Below are positions 38,052-46,041 of a DNA stretch of 64,000 nt, one piece after another. Below the pieces are notes generated by a model. That model was not told where the DNA came from and did not search any database. It saw only the letters and a list, made by a program, of their open reading frames with translations. Source of the stretch: Actinomycetes bacterium. Its GTDB lineage: Bacteria > Actinomycetota > Acidimicrobiia > Acidimicrobiales > RAAP-2. The position numbers and the translations under genes were made by a program. How positions within the stretch are numbered: the stretch's first letter is position 1; each line of letters starts with the position of its first letter. The stretch is from contig JAJZAC010000001.1 in the NCBI GenBank assembly GCA_021799615.1, positions 462 to 64,461 of the forward strand, read 5' to 3'.

Positions 38052-38386
38052 CGGCTCGTCGGGGCGACATCTGGCTCGTGGACTTCGGCGAACCCGTCGG
38101 TCGCGAGCAGGCGGGGCGTCGGCCTGCGGTCGTGGTGTCCGCCGACCCGCTGAACGACAGCCGGGCCGGCGTGGTGATCGTCGTGCCCTGCACGACGAGA
38201 CGACGCGAGCTCCCTTCGCATGTCGAGCTCGATCCGAAGCAGTGCGGGCTCGACGAGGTCAGCTATGCGACGTGCGAGGACGTGAAGTCGGTGTCAGAGA
38301 GCCGGCTCGTCGCTCGCCTCGGTACTGCGGACGACGACGCGCTCGTCGCCATCACTCGGGTACTCAGGTTCCTGCTGGACTTGTGA
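38048..38386 (+). CDS. mazF: MazF/PemK-family endoribonuclease toxin
   Basis: RRGDIWLVDFGEPVGREQAGRRPAVVVSADPLN ... VVIVVPCTT is the MazF/PemK signature. Confidence 0.85.
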   Translation: MTARRGDIWLVDFGEPVGREQAGRRPAVVVSADPLNDSRAGVVIVVPCTTRRRELPSHVELDPKQCGLDEVSYATCEDVKSVSESRLVARLGTADDDALVAITRVLRFLLDL

Positions 38387-38469
38387 AGATCTCCTGGGAG
38401 ATCGTCGTGACTGGTCGCAATCCATCGTCGCCATTGCACGCCTCCGGTAGGACGATCGGTGTGGGCGTG

Positions 38470-38702
38470 ATGCCGATGATCACCACCGTCAATCGGAAGG
38501 GACAGGTCGCGATCCCCGAGTCCTTGCGCGACCGCTACGGGTTCCCGCCCGGCACGAAGGTCGGTGGCTGGAGCGCGACGGCGACCTCATCCCCCAGCCC
38601 CTCCTCTCGGTCGAACGGCTTCGTGGTCACGGCAAGGGGGAAGAGCTGACGGGCATCCTGCTGGACGAGCGCGCTCGGGACCGCACGCACGAGGACGGCT
38701 GA
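38470..38702 (+). pseudogene. AbrB/SpoVT-type VapB-like antitoxin, interrupted by a 1-nt frameshift near 38560
   Basis: Frame A: MPMITTVNRKGQVAIPESLRDRYGFPPGTKV. Continuation in another frame: WLERDGDLIPQPLLSVERLRGHGKGEELTGILLDERARDRTHEDG-stop. Both halves are typical of VapB. Confidence 0.6.
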
Positions 38703-38714
38703 GCGCGTTGCACT

Positions 38715-38789
38715 CCAGACCCGGTCCTCACCGGCGACCCCGAGCTTCGCGTGGCCGAGAAGCTCGGGGTGACGGTCCGCTGGCTCGGG
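38715..38789 (+). pseudogene. C-terminal remnant of a PIN-domain VapC toxin
   Basis: PDPVLTGDPELRVAEKLGVTVRWLG resembles the conserved VapC C-terminus (LLTxDxxF...V.V.WL). No N-terminal PIN acidic residues are present, implying an internal deletion. Confidence 0.35.
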
Positions 38790-39074
38790 CGCCGGGCTGT
38801 CACCCGCCACCGGGTGGCTCACCCCGCCATCGCCAGCTCCGTGCGCAGCACCAGCGCGGGCGTCGAGGTGCTCGAACATCGCGGCCCGGATCGTCTCGTC
38901 GAGCGTCTCGTCGAGCGAGGGATCGGCGGCATTCTCGCACCTGGGCACATCGTGAGCGCGGACGTCGCGCGCTGACGAGGTGGCGCCATCCGACGGCGTG
39001 CGAGCCTCGGTCCGTAGGCAGGTCGAGCTCGGCGCCGTGCCGCTGGCTGCCGGGACCGGCCGCGCTGAGCCGGC

Positions 39075-40316
39075 TCAGGAACCGGCGGCCGGTCCCGGCC
39101 CGACGACCCGCAGCTTGATGGTGGTGTCGAGGTTCCCCAGCGCCTCGACCACGCCGGGGGCGGGGTCACTGCCGACGTCGGTGATCACGTACCCGACCTC
39201 GCCGCGGGTCCCGAGGAGCTGGGCGTCGAGGTTGAGACCGTGCCGGGCCACCAATCCGTTCACCTCGGCGAGGACGCCGGGCACGTTGCGGTGGATGTAG
39301 AGGAGGCGGCAGTGCTCGGGCGGCGTGGCCGGCTCCAGGGGTGGCAGGTTGACGCTCAACGCCGTCGAGCCCTCGCGCACGTAGCGCTCGAGCTTGCCGG
39401 CCACGAAGTTCCCGATGTCCTGCTGGGCCTCTTCGGTGGACCCGCCCACGTGGGGTGTGAGGATCACGTTGCGCAGGCCCCGCAGCTCGGAGACGAAGGG
39501 CTCCCCCCGCCCGGCCGGCTCCACCGGGAAGACGTCCACCGCGGCACCGGCCAGGTGACCCGACTCGAGGTGTGCCCGCAGGGCGCCGTGGTCGACGACG
39601 AAGCCGCGGCTCAGGTTGAGGAAGATGCTGCCGGGCCGCATGCGGGCCAGCTCCTGCTCGCCGAACAGCTCCCGGTTGGTGGGCCGGCCGTCCACGTGGA
39701 GGGTGACGATGTCGACGGACTCGAGGAGCTCCTCCAGGCTGCCGCACGGGCGGGCGTTGCCCAGCGCCAGCTTGTCCGCTGTGTCGAAGAACCACACGCT
39801 CATCCCCAGGCTCTCGGCCACCACGGAGAGCTGGCTCCCGATGTTCCCGTAGCCGACGATGCCGAGCCTCCGGCCCCGGATCTCGTGGCTCCCGGTGGCC
39901 GACTTGTCCCAGACGCCGGCGTGCATGTCCGCGTTCTTGTCGGTCAAGCGCCGGGTGAGCGAGATCATCTCGGCGATGGCCAGTTCCACCACGCTGCGGG
40001 TGTTCGAGAACGGTGCGTTGAACACGGCCACACCCCGCCGGGTGGCGGCAGGAAGGTCGATCTGGTTGGTGCCGATGCAGAACGCGCCGATGGCCATCAG
40101 GTCGGGGGCGGCCTCGAGGACCGCCTCGGTGACGTGGGTGCGGGAGCGGATCCCCAGCACGTCGACCTCGCCGACGCGCCGGCACAGCTCATCCTCGTCG
40201 AGGGCGCCGGCGGCCGTCTCGACGGAGAAGCCGCTCGCCTCGAGCCGGGTGACGGCATCGGGGTGGATGTTCTCCAGGAGCAGGACCCGCCGTGCCGTAC
40301 CGTCGTGTGTCGTCAT
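39075..40316 (-). CDS. serA: D-3-phosphoglycerate dehydrogenase (E. coli-type, about 410 aa, with C-terminal ACT domain)
   Basis: RVLLLENIHPDAV, NAD-binding LGIVGYGNIGSQL, catalytic region LTPHVGGST, ACT-like tail RLLYIHRNVPGVLAEVN. Confidence 0.9.
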   Translation of the reverse strand: MTTHDGTARRVLLLENIHPDAVTRLEASGFSVETAAGALDEDELCRRVGEVDVLGIRSRTHVTEAVLEAAPDLMAIGAFCIGTNQIDLPAATRRGVAVFNAPFSNTRSVVELAIAEMISLTRRLTDKNADMHAGVWDKSATGSHEIRGRRLGIVGYGNIGSQLSVVAESLGMSVWFFDTADKLALGNARPCGSLEELLESVDIVTLHVDGRPTNRELFGEQELARMRPGSIFLNLSRGFVVDHGALRAHLESGHLAGAAVDVFPVEPAGRGEPFVSELRGLRNVILTPHVGGSTEEAQQDIGNFVAGKLERYVREGSTALSVNLPPLEPATPPEHCRLLYIHRNVPGVLAEVNGLVARHGLNLDAQLLGTRGEVGYVITDVGSDPAPGVVEALGNLDTTIKLRVVGPGPAAGS

Positions 40317-41767
40317 CGCTGTCTCTCCGTCTCGTCGTCTGATGCGTCCCGTCCCGGGCCGGCCAGCAGGACCCCGGGGTTGAGCGTCCCCCGTGGGTCG
40401 AGCGCCTGCTTCACCGCCCGCATGGCCCCCAGCTCGGCCGGGCTGCGAGACAGGTGCAGCCAGCGCACCTTGGCCCGACCGATGCCGTGCTCGGCACTGA
40501 TGCTGCCGCCGTGGCGGGCGACCAGCTCGAGCACCGCCCCGTCCACCCCGTCGTCGTCGGGAGGCGGTCCCACCAGGTTGACGTGGAGGTTTCCGTCGCC
40601 GACGTGGCCGAACAGCACGACCGTCGTGCCCGGCCACCCGTTGGCCACCACCTGGCGGACCTCGCCCTCGAAGGCGGCCAGCGCGCCGAGCGGGAGGGTG
40701 ACGTCGAGCTTGTGGGGCACCCCGAGGCCCGACACCGCCTCGGTGTGGCGCTCGCGGTAGGCCCACAGGCGCTCGGCGCCGGCGTCGTCGCCGGCGACGG
40801 CGGTGGCCGCGTCGTCGACCGGGCTGTCGTCGAGCACGGCCGCCAACTGGTCGAGGACGTCGGGACCGCCCGTCAGCTCGACCAGCAGGTACGTGGGCCG
40901 GCGGGCGTCGAAGGGCGGTTCGAGGCCGGCGTGGGCGCACACCAGGTCGAGGCCCTCCTGGTAGAAGATCTCGACGGCCGTCAACGCCTCGGCCCGCCGC
41001 CGTAGCTCGGCGGCAAGGGCCACGGCGGCGGCGGTGCCCGGCACGCCGAGGAGGGCCACGGCCCGCTCCGGGCGCCGGGGGACCAGGCGCAGTCGGACGG
41101 CGGTGACGATGCCGAGGGTGCCCTCGCTGCCCACCATGAGCTGGCTGAGGTCGTAGCCGGTGTTGTCCTTCACCAGACCGGTGAGGCGGGACAGCACCGA
41201 CCCGTCGGCCAGCACCACCTCGGCCCCGATGACCTGCCGCCGCATGGTCCCGTAGCGAAGCACGTGCAGACCGCCGGCGTTGGTGGCCACCATGCCGCCG
41301 ACGGTGGCCGATGCCCGGGCGGCGAGGTCGACGGGGAACTCGAGCCCGGCGGTCCGGGCCGCCTCCTGCACGGCGGCCAGCGTGGCGCCCGCCCCGACCG
41401 TGACCTGGGCGGCGGCTGTGTCGACGGGGCCCACGCCGGCCAGACGCACCGTGCTGAGGAGCACGGGCTCGGCACCGGTACCTGCCGGCGGGGGCACGGA
41501 ACCCCCCACCAACCCGGTATTGCCGCCCTGGACCACGATGGTGGCGCCGGCGGCGGCGCAGGCCCGCACCACCCCCGCCACCTCCTCCGTCGTGCCCGGC
41601 CGCACCACCGCGACGGCGGGGCCGGTGAACCGCCCGGTCCAGTCGGAGGTGAAACTGCGGACGACCTCGGGATCGGTCAGGACCTGTCCCGGACCGACCA
41701 CCGACGCCAGGTCGGCGAGCAGGCCGGCGGGGGACACCGGGTCGGCACTCGGGGCGTTCGGCGTCAT
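40313..41767 (-). CDS. FAD-linked oxidase (GlcD / D-lactate / D-2-hydroxyglutarate dehydrogenase family)
   Basis: FAD_binding_4-like N-terminus VVRPGTTEEVAGVVRACAAAGATIVVQGGNTGLVGGSVP. C-terminal ISAEHGIGRAK. Its stop overlaps the serA ATG (ATGA). Confidence 0.8.
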   Translation of the reverse strand: MTPNAPSADPVSPAGLLADLASVVGPGQVLTDPEVVRSFTSDWTGRFTGPAVAVVRPGTTEEVAGVVRACAAAGATIVVQGGNTGLVGGSVPPPAGTGAEPVLLSTVRLAGVGPVDTAAAQVTVGAGATLAAVQEAARTAGLEFPVDLAARASATVGGMVATNAGGLHVLRYGTMRRQVIGAEVVLADGSVLSRLTGLVKDNTGYDLSQLMVGSEGTLGIVTAVRLRLVPRRPERAVALLGVPGTAAAVALAAELRRRAEALTAVEIFYQEGLDLVCAHAGLEPPFDARRPTYLLVELTGGPDVLDQLAAVLDDSPVDDAATAVAGDDAGAERLWAYRERHTEAVSGLGVPHKLDVTLPLGALAAFEGEVRQVVANGWPGTTVVLFGHVGDGNLHVNLVGPPPDDDGVDGAVLELVARHGGSISAEHGIGRAKVRWLHLSRSPAELGAMRAVKQALDPRGTLNPGVLLAGPGRDASDDETERQR

Positions 41768-41898
41768 GGGTTCCAGCTGAGCAGGTCCTTCGGGAGGGGA
41801 CGAGACGGGACGGTGCCACGCCACACTACCGAGCCGTCGCGGTACCCAGGATCGCCGGCGGTCGGGCGGGGGTGACGTCGGCGGCGACCGTGCCCCTG

Positions 41899-41914
41899 AT
41901 ACCCTCCCGGGTAT
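41899..41914. promoter_or_regulatory. CsoR/RcnR-family-type operator-like palindrome ATACCCTCCCGGGTAT overlapping the ATG of a small Cys-rich ORF
   Basis: Same ATACCC-N4-GGGTAT architecture as 8597-8612. Its last two bases are the AT of ATG 41913. Confidence 0.5.
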
Positions 41915-42071
41915 GTGTACCGCCGTGACATGCCCCGACTGCAAGCGGCCGACCTGGGTCGGCTGCGGCGCCCACGTGGAACAGGTGCTGGGTCACGTGC
42001 CCGCCACCGAGCGCTGCCAGTGCGCCCCCGGCACCTCGGGTGGGCGCCGGTCGTGGTGGCGGCGCCGGTGA
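41913..42071 (+). CDS. Small (52-aa) Cys/His-rich protein, candidate metal- or thiol-binding; absent from the ORF track (below 60 aa)
   Basis: MCTAVTCPDCKRPTWVGCGAHVEQVLGHVPATERCQCAPGTSGGRRSWWRRR. 47 of 52 third codon positions are G/C. Six Cys (CxxxxCxxC...C...CxC) plus two His. The stop lies 5 nt before the methyltransferase ATG. Confidence 0.6.
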   Translation: MCTAVTCPDCKRPTWVGCGAHVEQVLGHVPATERCQCAPGTSGGRRSWWRRR

Positions 42072-42076
42072 CGGGC

Positions 42077-42685
42077 ATGCCCGACCCGCGCTCGCTGTGG
42101 GAGGGTCGCTTCGGGGGAGAGTCCTACGTGTTCGGGACCGAGCCCAACGGGTTCCTCCGCTCCCGCATGGCGGACCTTCCGGCCGGGCGTGCCCTGTGCC
42201 TGGCCGAGGGGGAGGGGCGTAACGCCGTCTTCCTGGCCCAGGCGGGCTGGGACGTGGCGAGCGTCGACCTCACCGAGTCCGGGGTGGCGAAAACCCGACG
42301 GCTGGCCGCCGATCGGGGTGTGACCGTCGACGCCGCCCAAGGCGACCTGGCCGCATTCGACCTGGGAAACGAGTGCTGGGACGTGATCGTCTCGATCTTC
42401 GCCCACGTGCCGCCGACGGTGCGCCGCGACCTGCACCGGCGGGTGGTGGGCGCCCTGGCACCGGGGGGCGTGCTGCTCCTCGAGGCGTACACGCCCGACC
42501 AGGTGGGGCGGGGAACGGGCGGTCCGCCGGTGCCGGAGCTGACGATGACCCTCGACGACCTCCGCGACGAGCTGGCCGGCCTGGAGCTGCTCCACGGTCA
42601 GGAGCTCGAACGTGAGGTGGCGGAGGGAACGGGGCACACCGGCGTGGGCGCCGTCGTGCAGGTCATCGCCCGGCGCCCGGCCTGA
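42077..42685 (+). CDS. Class I SAM-dependent methyltransferase (TehB/thiol-methyltransferase-like)
   Basis: MPDPRSLWEGRFGGESYVFGTEPNGFL..., SAM motif ALCLAEGEGRNAVFLAQAGWDVASVDL, LAPGGVLLLE. The track ORF start at 41915 adds an Arg-rich out-of-context extension. Confidence 0.75.
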   Translation: MPDPRSLWEGRFGGESYVFGTEPNGFLRSRMADLPAGRALCLAEGEGRNAVFLAQAGWDVASVDLTESGVAKTRRLAADRGVTVDAAQGDLAAFDLGNECWDVIVSIFAHVPPTVRRDLHRRVVGALAPGGVLLLEAYTPDQVGRGTGGPPVPELTMTLDDLRDELAGLELLHGQELEREVAEGTGHTGVGAVVQVIARRPA

Positions 42686-42801
42686 CCCGGCCGTGCCCGG
42701 CCCGGCCCGGGAGCGGAGCCCCAGCCGACCGCTCGGGTGCGCCCGGGCCCGCATGCGGGGGAGGTCCGCCGGAGGCCCGACGGCCCGCTGGGAGGTGACC
42801 G

Positions 42802-43830
42802 GTGCGACAGGTGCTCATACCCCGCTACGGGGGCCCCGAGGTGCTCCGCGTCGTCACCGCACCGGATCCCGTGCCAGGACCCGGTGAGGTGCGGATCCGG
42901 GTGGCGGCGGCCGGCGTGAACTTCGCCGACATCACGGCGAGGGCCGGGCTGTACCCGGATGCCCCCCCGGCACCGATGGTGGTGGGGTACGAGGTCTCCG
43001 GCGAGGTGGACGCCCGGGGACCGGGTGTCGACGCGCTCGCCGTCGGCGAGCGGGTCATGGCCCTCACCCGCTTCGGCGGCTATGCCGACACCGTATGCGT
43101 CCCCGCCCACCAGGTGGCGGCGATCCACGGTGGGGCCGACCTGGTGGCAGCCGCCGGCATCCCGGTCACGTTCCTGACCGCCCACCTCATGATCGACCAC
43201 CTCGGTGCGGTCCGGCCCGGCGACGCCGTCCTCATCCACTCGGCCGGCGGGGGCGTGGGTCTGGCCGCGCTCCAGCTGGCCCGCAATGCCGGCGCCACCA
43301 CCATCGGGACGGCCAGCGTCGCCAAGCACCGGCGGCTGGCCGACCACGGGCTCGACCACGCCGTCGACTACCACACGGCCGACGTCGAGGCCGAGGTGAT
43401 GCGGTACACCGGTGGTCGCGGCGTCGACGTGGCCCTCGACGCCGTCGGGGGCTCGTCCTTCCGGTCGAGCTACCGGTGCCTGGCACCCCTGGGACGGCTG
43501 TTCTGCTTCGGCCTCTCCTCGGGGAACGCACCGAGCAGGTTGGCCGCGCTGCGGACCATGCCGGTGGCGCTGGCGACGACGCCCGTCTTCCATCCGATCC
43601 AGTTGATGAACGCCAACAAGGGCGTGTTCGGCATCAACATGGGCCACCTGTGGCACGAGGGGCCGCGCATTGCCGGTTTCCTCGCCACCCTGGCCCGGCG
43701 GTGGGAGGCCGGGGAGATCGAGCCGGTGATCGACTCGGTGTTCGCCTTCGCCGACGCCGCGCTCGCCCACGAGCAGCTGGCCCGGGGGCGGAACTTCGGG
43801 AAAGTGCTCCTGGTGCCCGGACCGGCGTGA
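42802..43830 (+). CDS. Medium-chain dehydrogenase/reductase, quinone oxidoreductase-like (NADPH-binding)
   Basis: MRQVLIPRYGGPEVLRVV, GVNFADI, cofactor loop HSAGGGVGLAALQLARNAG, C-terminal GKVLLVP. Confidence 0.8.
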   Translation: MRQVLIPRYGGPEVLRVVTAPDPVPGPGEVRIRVAAAGVNFADITARAGLYPDAPPAPMVVGYEVSGEVDARGPGVDALAVGERVMALTRFGGYADTVCVPAHQVAAIHGGADLVAAAGIPVTFLTAHLMIDHLGAVRPGDAVLIHSAGGGVGLAALQLARNAGATTIGTASVAKHRRLADHGLDHAVDYHTADVEAEVMRYTGGRGVDVALDAVGGSSFRSSYRCLAPLGRLFCFGLSSGNAPSRLAALRTMPVALATTPVFHPIQLMNANKGVFGINMGHLWHEGPRIAGFLATLARRWEAGEIEPVIDSVFAFADAALAHEQLARGRNFGKVLLVPGPA

Positions 43831-43849
43831 GCGGCAGCCGGGCCGCCGG

Positions 43850-44398
43850 TCAGGTCCCCGCACCCCGGCGCCGGAGCAGGATCCCGTGGGCGTAGGCGGC
43901 CTGCCCCAGGTGCTGGAGGGAGTCGTCGGCCACGCTCACCAGGCGGACGCCCAACGAGACCGGCGGGTCCCACCGGTGGTCGACGATCCGGTCGAGGTCG
44001 GCCGGCGCCAGCCCTGTCACGAAGGACGCGCTGCGCCCGGCCACGGCATCGAGGTACCCGGTCAGCACTCCCGGACCCGTGGGGCGCACCGCGGCGACCT
44101 GCGCCGGGGTATGGCCGTAGCCGGTGTTGGCCGGATGGGGCTCCAGCCCGAGGTCGGCAGCCCAGGGACCGTCGACCCACAGTTGGTCGGTCTCCATGAC
44201 CTCCGCCAGGTGGTGGTCCTGGACCCGTGCCGCGTGCCACACCAGCCAGGCCACCGGGTTCGTACCCGGCTCGACCGGAGCCACCAGCTCGGCGAGCGTC
44301 AACCCGCGGACGGCTTCCGCGGCCAGGGGAGGGATCCTCCCGTAGCACTCGGCGAGCAGTGCTCCGACCTCCACGCCACCAGTCGACCACGTGGCCAC
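43850..44398 (-). CDS. DinB-superfamily protein (DUF664 / mycothiol-dependent transferase-like)
   Basis: 182 aa. AWLVWHAARVQDHHLAEV and a later His-containing helix fit the DinB four-helix-bundle metal triad pattern. Confidence 0.65.
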   Translation of the reverse strand: MATWSTGGVEVGALLAECYGRIPPLAAEAVRGLTLAELVAPVEPGTNPVAWLVWHAARVQDHHLAEVMETDQLWVDGPWAADLGLEPHPANTGYGHTPAQVAAVRPTGPGVLTGYLDAVAGRSASFVTGLAPADLDRIVDHRWDPPVSLGVRLVSVADDSLQHLGQAAYAHGILLRRRGAGT

Positions 44399-44568
44399 CG
44401 GTCGCTCAAGCCCGGCGGCTGCCCGGCCCGGCCCGGGCGCCGTCGCCGGCGCGGCAAACCGGGACGGAGCGCCTCCGGCCGGAGGCCCGCACCCCGCCCT
44501 CGCGGTGCCATCATGCGGGGTGCCGGCTCGCCACCGAAGCCGGCGTCCCTGATCCTCGAGGAGCCGAC

Positions 44569-45954
44569 GTGAGCAACGACTACCCCTACGCGGCGCGGTA
44601 CCCCGTCAACCGCACGCTGCCCGAGCGCGGCCGGGCCCGCGACGACATCGTGGCCGAGCTGGCGGCCATCGCCGCCGAGGAGGACGCCATGTGGGAGTCG
44701 GGGAAGTGCTCCGGCACCATGTACTGCGGCGACCACGACCACTACCGGTTCCTCACCGAGGTCTTCGGGAACTACGCCCACGTCAACGCCCTCCAGCGGG
44801 ACATGTGCCCGAGCGCCACCCGCTTCGAGGGGGAGATCATCGCCATGGCCCTCGACCTGTTCCATGCCGGGGCCACCGGCGGCGACCCGGTGGGGATGGT
44901 GACGAGCGGCGGGACCGGCAGCATCGCCCACGCCATGCTGGCCTACCGGGAGCAGGGCGCCGCCCGCGGCATCGACCGTCCCAACGTGGTGAAGCCGGAG
45001 ACGGCCCATCCCGCGTTCGACAAGGCGTGCCACCTGTTCGGCATCGAGCTGCGGCGGGCACCGGTCGACCCGGTGACCACCCAGGTCGACGTCGACTGGG
45101 TGGCCGACCACGTCGACGGCGACACGGTCGCCGTCGTCGGCTCCGCCTGCAACTACGGCTACGGCACCATCGACCCCATCGCCGAGCTGGGGAGCCTCGC
45201 GCTCGAGCGGGGGACCGGGCTCCACGTCGACGGCTGCCTCGGGGGGTTCATCCTCCCCTTCGGCGAGGAGCTCGGGTACGGGATCCCCACCTTCGACTTC
45301 CGGGTCCCCGGGGTCACCAGCCTGTCGGCCGACACCCACAAGTACGGCTACGCGCTGAAGGGGACCTCGACCCTGCTCTTCCGCGATCGGGAGCTCCGCA
45401 ACGGCCAGTACTTCACCCTGGCCGGATGGAGCGGCGGCAAGTACGCGTCGCCCGGCATCGACGGTTCCCGCTCGGTCGGGCTCCTGGCGGCGACGTGGGC
45501 CTCGATGGTCCACCTGGGCCGCGAGGGCTACCGGCGCTACGCGGGGCAGATCTTCGAGACGGCGCAACGGATGCAGCAGGCCGTGCGCACCCACCGCGAG
45601 CTGCGCATCATCGGCACGCCGTCCTTCCTGTTCAGCTTCACCTCGGACGAGTTCGACATCTACCTGGTGAACGACGTCATGCGGGAGCGGGGCTGGCGTT
45701 TCAACGGCCAGCAGTACCCGAACGCCCTCCACATGGCCGTGACCCGGCCCCAGACCCAGCCGGGCGTGGTCGAGGCGTTCGCCGCCGACCTGGCCGCCGC
45801 CGTGGCCCACGCCAAGGAGCACCCGGACGACCAGCCGCGCTCCGGGGCGATCTACGGCGGGGTGGCCGGGGGGCTGACCGACGAGGCGGACGACTTCATC
45901 ACCATGGTGATGGCCCAGATGCTCGACACCCAGCAGGGGCTGCCGCCGGCCTGA
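44569..45954 (+). CDS. PLP-dependent group II decarboxylase / sphingosine-1-phosphate-lyase-like enzyme
   Basis: GTG at 44569 is preceded by GAGGAG. GKCSGTMYCGDHDHYRFL, TSGGTGSI, PLP-lysine region SADTHKYGYALKGTS. Confidence 0.75.
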   Translation: MSNDYPYAARYPVNRTLPERGRARDDIVAELAAIAAEEDAMWESGKCSGTMYCGDHDHYRFLTEVFGNYAHVNALQRDMCPSATRFEGEIIAMALDLFHAGATGGDPVGMVTSGGTGSIAHAMLAYREQGAARGIDRPNVVKPETAHPAFDKACHLFGIELRRAPVDPVTTQVDVDWVADHVDGDTVAVVGSACNYGYGTIDPIAELGSLALERGTGLHVDGCLGGFILPFGEELGYGIPTFDFRVPGVTSLSADTHKYGYALKGTSTLLFRDRELRNGQYFTLAGWSGGKYASPGIDGSRSVGLLAATWASMVHLGREGYRRYAGQIFETAQRMQQAVRTHRELRIIGTPSFLFSFTSDEFDIYLVNDVMRERGWRFNGQQYPNALHMAVTRPQTQPGVVEAFAADLAAAVAHAKEHPDDQPRSGAIYGGVAGGLTDEADDFITMVMAQMLDTQQGLPPA

Positions 45955-46041
45955 CGGCGAAGCCGGTCCGGAGTTGCCTCGGGGCCCGGCGGGTGCCACC
46001 GTGGTCGCGACGCGGCCGGCCGGTGCCGCAGGGGAGGGACC

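Noticed and set aside
38535-38948. 137-aa minus-strand ORF over the vapBC remnants
   Set aside because: The plus strand reads as a convincing (frameshifted) AbrB-type VapB plus a VapC C-terminus. The antisense translation has no recognisable features.
35381-39074. Search for att-like duplication of the tRNA-Leu (and tRNA-Val) 3' end and for an integrase
   Set aside because: No copy of the tRNA 3' segment (…GGTTCAAGTCCCCCCTCCGACA or …GGTTCGAGTCCTCTAGCGCCCA) was seen downstream, and no tyrosine or serine recombinase ORF exists in either islet. Island boundaries therefore remain undefined.
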